Program-made: the position numbers and the translations under genes
Assembly: GCA_015494465.1 (NCBI GenBank)
Contig: WGBD01000008.1
Coordinates: forward strand, 3,485-67,484
Direction of reading: 5' to 3'
Length of the DNA stretch: 64,000 nucleotides
Source: Candidatus Omnitrophota bacterium
GTDB lineage: Bacteria > Omnitrophota > Gorgyraeia > S143-82
In this document: piece after piece, positions 1 to 7,287 of the stretch
How positions within the stretch are numbered: position 1 is the first letter of the stretch
Layout of the letters: the number at the start of each line of letters is the position of its first letter
Notes under the pieces: model-generated
What the model was told of the DNA's origin: nothing
Database searches by the model: none
The model's input: only the letters and a program-made list of their open reading frames with translations

Positions 1-818
1 AGACGCCTCTTGGCCTCCTCTAAGGCCTTCTCTGCGGACTCCAGGTCCCCTTTTCGCAATAGGCACCAGGCCTTCGCCTGCAGGGCATACCCACCCAGAT
101 CCGAGTCCTTGTACATCAAGGCCACCTTGTCAAAGTAGGTGATGGCGGTGTCGTAATCGCCCAAGAAGTAGTGGGCCTTACCGAGGTAAAAGTAGGCGCT
201 GGAGAGGTACTCGCTCTCTGGGAAGTCGTAGATAAACTTCTCGAAGAGTTCCTTGGCCCTCTGGTAGTCCTTCCGTTGGTAATAAATCTTGGCCTCTTCG
301 AATCTGGCCACCTGGCGGACCGCCCTGTCCTTGGCGTCCCTGTACTTCTGCACCCACTTCAATGCCTCCTCGTCCTTGCCCTGCTCCAACGACACATCTA
401 CCAGCAAGGCAACGGCCCGTCTCGTACCTTCCGGGCCGAACGATAGGAGCTCTTTGGCCTTTTCCAGGGCGGCATCGTAATCCCCTATGGATTGATAGAG
501 CTGAGCGAGGGCCTCCTTGACCTCTATCCGTGTCTCGGGAGACACATCGGAGGCAGAATCCAGTTCCAAGAGCAGGGTCAAGGCGGACTTGTACTTCTTC
601 TGGGCCATGTACACCTTGGCCAAGAGGAGCTTTGCAGGGATCTCCTCCACGAAGGAGCTCTGGACGATCTTTTTGAGCATGGACTCTGCCACATCGTAAA
701 AGCCATCCGCATAGGCCCTGCGAGCGATCTCCAGATCCGAGGACTGGCCGTAGCCAGCAGGGATAAAAAGGGACAAAGATAGTCCCATCAAGATGAGGGC
801 CTTACCGATCCTTTTCAC
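1..818 (-). CDS. Secreted TPR-repeat protein, 5' part only; the C-terminus runs off the left edge of the window. Likely start is GTG at 818 (VKRIGKALILMGLSLSLFIPAGYGQ...), with an alternative ATG at 788.
   Basis: Minus-strand translation gives a signal-peptide-like N-terminus followed by repeated TPR-type helices (A-Y-x-x-G/A-K motifs, e.g. SSAYFYLGKAHYFLGDYDTAITYFDKV). It is absent from the ORF track because no stop codon lies inside the window. Confidence 0.6.
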   Translation of the reverse strand, partial: MKRIGKALILMGLSLSLFIPAGYGQSSDLEIARRAYADGFYDVAESMLKKIVQSSFVEEIPAKLLLAKVYMAQKKYKSALTLLLELDSASDVSPETRIEVKEALAQLYQSIGDYDAALEKAKELLSFGPEGTRRAVALLVDVSLEQGKDEEALKWVQKYRDAKDRAVRQVARFEEAKIYYQRKDYQRAKELFEKFIYDFPESEYLSSAYFYLGKAHYFLGDYDTAITYFDKVALMYKDSDLGGYALQAKAWCLLRKGDLESAEKALEEAKRR

Positions 819-2292
819 CGAACACCTCAGACTCGGAGAAGACCTCTGCAGTGAAGGAGTAGAGCTCCGCCCCCTTCCAGCCGTCAGGAGGCAGGCCCGC
901 CTTCATGGCCAGATGCTGGAGGAAGGTCACCTTGTCCCAGCCGTACTCTACCGGCACCTGGGGCAGGAGCAATCCGGAATAGAAACCCTTGCGCAGAAGA
1001 AGACCGTGTTTGCCTACCTTTATCTCGTCTATGCTCTCCACCTTCTTGAGCGGGCTCAACACGGAGATCTCTATCTCCACCTCAGGCAGTTCCTCTAACT
1101 TCAAGGCCGGGAATCGGGGATCGCCCACTGCAGCCTGAACCGCCATCTCCGCAACCACCTCACACAAGGGCATGTCGGCAATTATGTGGCCTATGCATCC
1201 CCGCAGCATGCCGTGCTTCTTCAAGGTCACGAAGGCCCCTTTCTCCTTGTAAAGGGCCGGATCGTCTATCTCTAAGTCCTTCAACCTCTGACCAGTGCGC
1301 AGGTAGTGCTCTATACTGCGCCGAGCCAGCCTCAACAGCTTTGCCTTCTGCTCCCGGGTAAACATAGACACCTCCTCGTCTTTTTCTATTATAACCGCTG
1401 ACATGTATCCCACAACCCTGCTTTTGTCCCCGTAAGTGTCCCCGGAATTTGCGTAACGCAGTAATCGAAACTCCACATCCCCCCAGTTTCTGGCGTAGGC
1501 CAAGGCAAAGGCGGTGGGGACCCAACCGCACATCTGATAAATTCCACTGCGCGCCCCCCGGAAGAAGGCGCGAAAGTTCAACTTTCTCAAGGCATCTATC
1601 GTACCCCAGTCTATCCTCACCGCCTCCTGGTAGGGGTGATAATGGGACATGTCGGTGCTGACCAGGAGCAATGCATCCTTTCCGTTTGACCGGAGGCCCT
1701 TTATCAGTTCAAACACCTCTTTTGCGGATCGCTCCAGCTCATCTGCAGACATCTCTCCAAACAGCAACAACACGACCTTGGCCTGAGGCCGGGTGATCTT
1801 TACGAACGGGAGCTGTACCTCCAGACAATGCTCCCTATTGAAAACTCGGTTATCGATCTCTGCGACTTCCACCTTCTGGGCTATCAATCGGGTCAACTCC
1901 CGGTCAAGCCTTACCTCGCCAAGCGGGATCTTATAGACCTCCTCGTCGAGTAGACGAATCCCCCGGAAGGGATAGAAGTGGGAAGGCCCTGCGATCAGGA
2001 AGACATCGACCTTTCTCCTGGACAATAACTTATAGGTATATCCGGCTACACTGCCGGAAAAGATGTACCCCGCGTGGGGGGCAAAGGCAACGATCACCTT
2101 ATCCGGGGAGATGCCCTCGGGAAGACGAGCAGATTCGAGGAACGAGGAGACCTGTTCTTTAAGGGCGTCCGCCCGGGCGGGGTAAAACTGCCCTGCGACA
2201 TTTGGCTCCTTGGCCAATGCCAAAGAAAAAAGGGACAGCAATACCCCACCGACGAGAGGTCCAGCGATCAGTCTCTTTCCACTCCCACCCAT
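802..2292 (-). CDS. Fusion protein with an N-terminal Memo-like (AmmeMemoRadiSam system protein B) domain, a C-terminal AMMECR1 domain, and a predicted N-terminal signal peptide
   Basis: The N-terminal half has Memo hallmarks (VAGQFYPA, APHAGYIFSG, HCLEVQLPF, DMSHYH). The C-terminal half has the AMMECR1 motif (GAFVTLKKHGMLRGCIGHI). The hydrophobic N-terminus LIAGPLVGGVLLSLFSLALA precedes the Memo domain. Confidence 0.75.
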   Translation of the reverse strand: MGGSGKRLIAGPLVGGVLLSLFSLALAKEPNVAGQFYPARADALKEQVSSFLESARLPEGISPDKVIVAFAPHAGYIFSGSVAGYTYKLLSRRKVDVFLIAGPSHFYPFRGIRLLDEEVYKIPLGEVRLDRELTRLIAQKVEVAEIDNRVFNREHCLEVQLPFVKITRPQAKVVLLLFGEMSADELERSAKEVFELIKGLRSNGKDALLLVSTDMSHYHPYQEAVRIDWGTIDALRKLNFRAFFRGARSGIYQMCGWVPTAFALAYARNWGDVEFRLLRYANSGDTYGDKSRVVGYMSAVIIEKDEEVSMFTREQKAKLLRLARRSIEHYLRTGQRLKDLEIDDPALYKEKGAFVTLKKHGMLRGCIGHIIADMPLCEVVAEMAVQAAVGDPRFPALKLEELPEVEIEISVLSPLKKVESIDEIKVGKHGLLLRKGFYSGLLLPQVPVEYGWDKVTFLQHLAMKAGLPPDGWKGAELYSFTAEVFSESEVFGEKDR

Positions 2293-5189
2293 AACCTCGC
2301 CTCCCCTTCTACCCTGTTTCCTCTCAGGCTTTGGGCCACTACTACCACCGTATAGCTCGAAGAATTCACGCTCAGGTACTTCCAGGACCTCTCTAGGGCC
2401 TGATCGTCCATGTGCTCGACTGCCTCACCCAGCCCTAAGAAACCTGAGAATGGGCGGGCGCTCAACAGGGAATTGATCTGTGACCTATCCAATCCGGTGG
2501 CCAACAGTGAGACATCGCTTGCGGTGTTGAGGTTGAGCTTGCAGGGGCAGTGGTACCTAGGGCTGATGTGTATCCCGTAGAGGTGAACCCCTGGAGTGGC
2601 AGACCTTAACCGCATCCTCAACCCCTCCTTGCCTATCTCCATCCAGTTGAGGCTCAGGTATCCCGACTCGTCGCTCCAGAGGGCAGGAGAAAACTCCTCC
2701 CAACCCTGACCCGGACGGTACATCGACAAGGACACCGCCTCCCTCGGGCCAAGCTCCAAGACCAGGTGATAGTATCCAGGGTGCCAATTGGGTCTGGATA
2801 TCCGCAACTCCACCACCTCGTTCTCGCCCCCTGCGACCAACCACCCATTGACCGCCTTCCACCCTGAGACCTGGGCAGAAGCCGGGCTGATGTCGATGTC
2901 GTCCAAGACCAGGCGGGCACACAACCTGGCTATGTCCGACTTGGAGAGGTAGCCTCCCTCCCCATTGGGCACGGACATCAACTCAGCCAAACTCTTAAGG
3001 GGACGATTCAAAAAAATCCCTTCGGGTTGCTCTGCCCAGGCGGGGCTGGGAGAAGAGGCCTTGGGCCAGGCGTCGAAGTTCCCGTTGGCATTGTTGTCGG
3101 TCTCGTCTAAGAGGTTGGTGCGGTGGAGGCTAAGGAAGGCACCTGCCTCCGTCAGATCCACCCCGTCCACCACGAAACCGTTCTCGTCCCTAAGTTCCAG
3201 CGCACCAGCGGAGGGGATCACATCCAGCCCTGGGGACATGTTCACCGAGAAGTCTAGAGGAACGATGCTGGATCGACGCAGATCCGGGAAAGAGCTGGCA
3301 AGGGAGATCCCATTTCTCGCAACGCCGGAGAGCAGGTCAAAACCGTCCACCGCCAGAACCACGCAGGCCCTAGCTGGCAACTTCGTCCCCATGGGGACGA
3401 AGGCAGGCAGTACACTGCTCCCGGGGACCTTTATCGACCATCCTCCTATCTCCACACTCTTATCCGAGAGGTTGCATATCTCCACATACTCGGCATCGGG
3501 CTCCTGGGAGAGGACGATACCGTAGAAGTAACAACTCGTGCCCTCCGTCTCGTTGTTCTGGATCTTTATCCTAAGCGTGCCATCGCTGATGCGGACGGGG
3601 GTATCTAACCAGGTCCCGCTCCTGCAGTGCCTTTTCGAGGTCCAAAAGACATTTACATCACCGACCATCGCATTCTCTCCTGGCCCGAGGACCTGAACAT
3701 AGTAGGTCCCCTTCGGCAGTCCGGTGAACTCCCAGATCCCCTCTCCCTTCTCTCCCCCCCCTGCCACCGCATTTACGAACCCCTCTCCCGAAGGGACCCA
3801 ATCCCCAGTCTCGACGAGGATAGCGGACTTTACCGAGAACTTTTTCTTCGGGGAGGCGTAGACCTCGCTTATCCTCACCGCCTCGATCCCAGTGATCTTC
3901 TTGTTTCCCACCAGACCCTTCTGGACCGGCACCAACTCCACATAAGAAAATCTCGCAACCGACCTGCCCGAGTCCCTGCGAAACCGCAACTTCAGGGACA
4001 GCTTGCCGTCGCTGTCTACATAAACGGTCCTTCCCGCCAGACCGGTCCCAGAGACCACATCCTCCTGTTCCACGCCGTTTATCTGCACATCCCCCACATA
4101 GTCTCCCGGGGCGTGCCCGTAGAAGTAACAGTAGTAACTGCCTTTGGGGACATTATCCCACTCCCAGCCCTGCCAGGTCCCGGTTGGACGCCTGTTCTCC
4201 ATGTAGTTACCCACCATCGACCAGTCTGGGGCCTCTTCCGAGACATAAGGACGATAGGCGTAACTATTAGTGAAGACCTCCGAGCGGGCAAAGTCCGCAT
4301 CGGAGAAGTCCCGCAGGTTTACTGCCTTCTGCCAAGGGCTGGCGAGGCCTACCTTCATCATCTCACTAACCAACTCCACCACCGGAAGGTAGTTCAGGCC
4401 CACCTTGGGCAGGCCGTGGCCGTCCAGTTCCGAGGATGCAGAAAAGGTAGAGAAAAACCGCATCAATACCTGCATCTCCTGAGCAGAGATCGACTCCCCC
4501 AGAGCCAATCGGAGATCTTCCAAGGAGGAAAGCCTGCGATCGTCTCCGTATCCGTACTCTCCCGGATCGTCTATTCCCTCTCCTAGCTCGTCGACCTGTC
4601 CGTCGCGATCGTCGTCGAGGTGGTTCCTCTCCAAGAAGTAGGTGTCGTAGTCGTCGTCCCTGCCTGCTACCCCCCAACCACCGTCTGGCCCTTTTAGGTA
4701 GCTCAATATCTTCTCACAAGCCAAACCAAAACTCTTAGGTAATCTTCGAGAGCTCACCAGATACTCGAACACCCGGCAGGAATCAAGGAGAGGGCAGTTC
4801 AAATTGGTCTTGCCGGTCTCGTCCACCACCTTGACCGCAAATCTGAGATCGTCGTCAACATATATCCAACGGGCATCGTTTTCTCCGTCCCCATCCACAT
4901 CTACATCTGCCCCCCTGAAAACTAGGTCCGTCAGGTCCTTGCGGTCACCGTCTATCCCCGGGGTCTCGTCTGCCCGCAAGAGCTCGGTCGCGTACACGAC
5001 TGCGGACTCCGCCAGGTACCTGGCCCGTACGGTGGCCATGAAGTGCCGGGCCTTGAGGGATTCGTAGCGCATCCCGAAGAGGTAAGCCAGGGCTACGAGA
5101 AGGCCGATCCCGACGATGGAGATAACGGTTATGACCGCTACCCCATCTCGGCGAACCAGGCTCAACCTGTGGTGCGGAAAAGGACCCAA
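2268..5189 (-). CDS. Large (973 aa) membrane-anchored protein with a GspK-like pseudopilin N-terminus, Asp/Gly-rich acidic segments, a lamin-tail-domain-like motif and a C-terminal helix-hairpin-helix (ComEA-like) motif
   Basis: The N-terminus RRDGVAVITVISIVGIGLLVALAY resembles a minor-pseudopilin (GspK/PilX) anchor. EYVEICNLSDKSVEIGGWSIKV resembles LTD motifs. LNLNTASDVSLLATGLDRSQINSLL is a ComEA/GspK-type HhH motif. Confidence 0.45.
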   Translation of the reverse strand: MGPFPHHRLSLVRRDGVAVITVISIVGIGLLVALAYLFGMRYESLKARHFMATVRARYLAESAVVYATELLRADETPGIDGDRKDLTDLVFRGADVDVDGDGENDARWIYVDDDLRFAVKVVDETGKTNLNCPLLDSCRVFEYLVSSRRLPKSFGLACEKILSYLKGPDGGWGVAGRDDDYDTYFLERNHLDDDRDGQVDELGEGIDDPGEYGYGDDRRLSSLEDLRLALGESISAQEMQVLMRFFSTFSASSELDGHGLPKVGLNYLPVVELVSEMMKVGLASPWQKAVNLRDFSDADFARSEVFTNSYAYRPYVSEEAPDWSMVGNYMENRRPTGTWQGWEWDNVPKGSYYCYFYGHAPGDYVGDVQINGVEQEDVVSGTGLAGRTVYVDSDGKLSLKLRFRRDSGRSVARFSYVELVPVQKGLVGNKKITGIEAVRISEVYASPKKKFSVKSAILVETGDWVPSGEGFVNAVAGGGEKGEGIWEFTGLPKGTYYVQVLGPGENAMVGDVNVFWTSKRHCRSGTWLDTPVRISDGTLRIKIQNNETEGTSCYFYGIVLSQEPDAEYVEICNLSDKSVEIGGWSIKVPGSSVLPAFVPMGTKLPARACVVLAVDGFDLLSGVARNGISLASSFPDLRRSSIVPLDFSVNMSPGLDVIPSAGALELRDENGFVVDGVDLTEAGAFLSLHRTNLLDETDNNANGNFDAWPKASSPSPAWAEQPEGIFLNRPLKSLAELMSVPNGEGGYLSKSDIARLCARLVLDDIDISPASAQVSGWKAVNGWLVAGGENEVVELRISRPNWHPGYYHLVLELGPREAVSLSMYRPGQGWEEFSPALWSDESGYLSLNWMEIGKEGLRMRLRSATPGVHLYGIHISPRYHCPCKLNLNTASDVSLLATGLDRSQINSLLSARPFSGFLGLGEAVEHMDDQALERSWKYLSVNSSSYTVVVVAQSLRGNRVEGEARLWVGVERD

Positions 5190-5866
5190 TCCCCCTCCTG
5201 GACCTCGTAATCTTTGCCTTCCAACCTCAACTTACCCATCTGCCTCACCGCAGACATGCTCCCCAACTCCGCCAGGACATCGTAAGGAACCACCTCCGCC
5301 CGCACGAATCCCCTAGCGATCTCGGTGTGGATTATGCCCGCACACTCTACCGCAGTCTGACCTATGCGGAACAGCCAGGCCCGGGAATCCTTTGGACCGG
5401 CGGTGAAGAACACCGCCCTGCCAAAGGTGTGCCACCACCTCTCCGGAAGGGCAGACATGTCTGAGTCATCGGGCAGGAAGATCGTCGGCAAGACCGTGAC
5501 CAAGGGATATTCTTTCAGCCTCTTTAGCTCCTCTTCGTCCAGTTCCCCCTCGGAATAGGCGGACCAAAGGAAGCGTTCTCCCTCCAAGATCTGCATGGCC
5601 TTGGCAAATAGCTCCCGGTCCTTAAACTCCCCCCCGGATAGCTTTCTGTCTATAAAGTCCATGTCGTTTACGATTAGGCTGAGCTTTTCGCCCTCCGAGC
5701 ACATTATCCCCTCGCAATCGGAGATCCTATCCGGCCCTAGGAAGAACAGGCTTGCGGGGACGATCTCCTTGGACTTGAATATCCCCTGCAAGACCTTCAA
5801 TCTCGGATCCGGGATCTTCACCTTGTTTCTAGGGAAGTTCTCCAAACCTACGACAGCTATGTTCAT
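5162..5866 (-). CDS. YchF/Ola1-like protein with a degenerate P-loop (pseudo-GTPase) and an intact C-terminal TGS/DUF933 domain
   Basis: The C-terminus HTEIARGFVRAEVVPYDVLAELGS...GKLRLEGKDYEVQEGDWVLFR is almost the YchF consensus. The N-terminus MNIAVVGLENFPRNKV occupies the position of G1 (GLPNVGKST) but lacks the Walker-A GKS/T. The protein is 234 aa, against about 360 aa for YchF. Confidence 0.6.
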   Translation of the reverse strand: MNIAVVGLENFPRNKVKIPDPRLKVLQGIFKSKEIVPASLFFLGPDRISDCEGIMCSEGEKLSLIVNDMDFIDRKLSGGEFKDRELFAKAMQILEGERFLWSAYSEGELDEEELKRLKEYPLVTVLPTIFLPDDSDMSALPERWWHTFGRAVFFTAGPKDSRAWLFRIGQTAVECAGIIHTEIARGFVRAEVVPYDVLAELGSMSAVRQMGKLRLEGKDYEVQEGDWVLFRTTG

Positions 5867-5984
5867 GAGACATCCTCCATTGACGAGAAAAGGGCGTTAC
5901 AGTCTCAGGAATCCGCTCCCTAAATTATACCTGAAAAAGCGCACCCGCGCACCAGCGTTGCTGTGAGGGAACAAAATTGATATT

Positions 5985-7286
5985 ATGGTAAACTGGCGCA
6001 TCCTTAAAGAGGAGTCGATAATGGGATCCCTGGAGGAACTGAAACGGCCCGTGATCCACGGCCTCATCTACACGGTAGCCACCGGCGTATCAGGGGTGGT
6101 GGGGCTGATCGTGTTCCCGATATTGGCCCACCTCCTTCCGGTAGCGGACATAGGAAAGTACGACTTCTTCCTCTTTCTCCTCTTTAGCGGTGTTCCCATA
6201 GCGAGCTTGGGGTTCGAATACGGGATAGGGGCCTTTGCCCACGAGCTGGCGACGGAAGACATCAATGCGGTGCTAAGACCGGTCCTCGCGATCTCTTTGC
6301 TGGTGGCCATGCTGGAGAGCGGGATACTGCTGGCCCTGAAGATAAGCGGGGTCTTCCAGAGCTTTTCCTACTTTCAGATAGGGCTGTTCGCGGTATCTCT
6401 GGCCTCCCTGGCCTTCACCTACATATTCAAGTCCATCTTGGTCTGGAAACAGCACCCGATCCGGGCCAGCGTAGTGATGCGGGGGGAATGGCTCCTGGCA
6501 TCTGGCCTTGGGCTGGTGTGCGTGCTAATTTGTGGATTGTCCATCACCAACTACCTCGTAGGGTTCAGCCTCGCCTTCGTGATCACCGTATTCCTCGCCC
6601 TGGCCATGTGGCCGTTTAAGGCAGAGTCCTCAAGGCCGGTTTCCGTTGGCCCCTTGATAAATCGGATAATACCGGTTGCCATCCCTTACGGAATAACCAC
6701 CGCCACCTGGATGATATCCCTGGGGGTAGAGAAGGCCCTCATACTGAAAGAGCTCGGGCCCGCCGAGCTGGGCATATACGCCCTGGCCCACAAGATAGGT
6801 AGTATCCCTCAACTGTTGGCTACCAACTTCTTGTTGGGGTTCCTCCCCGAGCTGGTGAAGCCCAAGCGCAACCACCTACTCTACAGGGCCTTGGTCTGGA
6901 CATACCTCGCCTACAGCCTAATCCTGCTGGGAGCGGTGAGCTGGTTATCAAGGCCAATTGTGCTCATCTTCGGCGGAGAAAGGTACCTGCCCTCCGCCCA
7001 GCTCCTGCCTTGGACTACCCTTGCAGGACTGCTCGCCTTGATCCCCATCTCCATAAATCCGATTCTCCTCAAGAGGAAAAACACCACTCCCGTCCTCCTC
7101 ACCGGCACGGTGTCTTCCATCGTCACCGTGGCCCTGGGACACATCCTCATCAAAACCAGCGGACTACTCGGGGCAACCATGGCAGTTATAATAGCCAGGC
7201 TGATAGGTATAGGGATACTGGGGGCGATCGTTTACCGCTGGGTGGCCCACGATCGATGGAGAAGCGGGAGAGCTGGTACCGCCTAG
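5985..7286 (+). CDS. Polytopic membrane protein, probably a Wzx/MurJ-type oligosaccharide flippase (polysaccharide biosynthesis protein family). An alternative start is at 6021 (MGSLEEL).
   Basis: About 12 predicted TM helices across 433 aa, with charged loops typical of the MOP flippase superfamily. No closer motif was recognised. Confidence 0.5.
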   Translation: MVNWRILKEESIMGSLEELKRPVIHGLIYTVATGVSGVVGLIVFPILAHLLPVADIGKYDFFLFLLFSGVPIASLGFEYGIGAFAHELATEDINAVLRPVLAISLLVAMLESGILLALKISGVFQSFSYFQIGLFAVSLASLAFTYIFKSILVWKQHPIRASVVMRGEWLLASGLGLVCVLICGLSITNYLVGFSLAFVITVFLALAMWPFKAESSRPVSVGPLINRIIPVAIPYGITTATWMISLGVEKALILKELGPAELGIYALAHKIGSIPQLLATNFLLGFLPELVKPKRNHLLYRALVWTYLAYSLILLGAVSWLSRPIVLIFGGERYLPSAQLLPWTTLAGLLALIPISINPILLKRKNTTPVLLTGTVSSIVTVALGHILIKTSGLLGATMAVIIARLIGIGILGAIVYRWVAHDRWRSGRAGTA

Positions 7287-7287
7287 C

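Noticed and set aside
1160-1531. 123-aa minus-strand ORF nested in the Memo-AMMECR1 gene, and plus-strand ORFs at 171..446, 492..782 and 793..1098
   Set aside because: They overlap the strongly supported Memo-AMMECR1 CDS (802..2292) and the TPR CDS in alternative frames. Their translations are Arg/Gly/Pro-rich with no domain features.
3627-4586. Long plus-strand ORF (319 aa) and similar plus-strand ORFs at 23310..24263, 24669..25814, 9331..9996 and 43398..44099
   Set aside because: They lie entirely inside well-supported minus-strand genes (the GspK-like protein, carB, the M1 peptidase, uvrA). They have Pro/Arg/Gly-rich low-complexity translations typical of antisense shadow ORFs in high-GC DNA, and no motifs.
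6200-6215. tRNA-like GGGTTCGAATACGG string
   Set aside because: It lies inside the flippase CDS (encoding LGFEYG) with no acceptor stem or anticodon arm context. No tRNA genes were found in any intergenic gap of the window.
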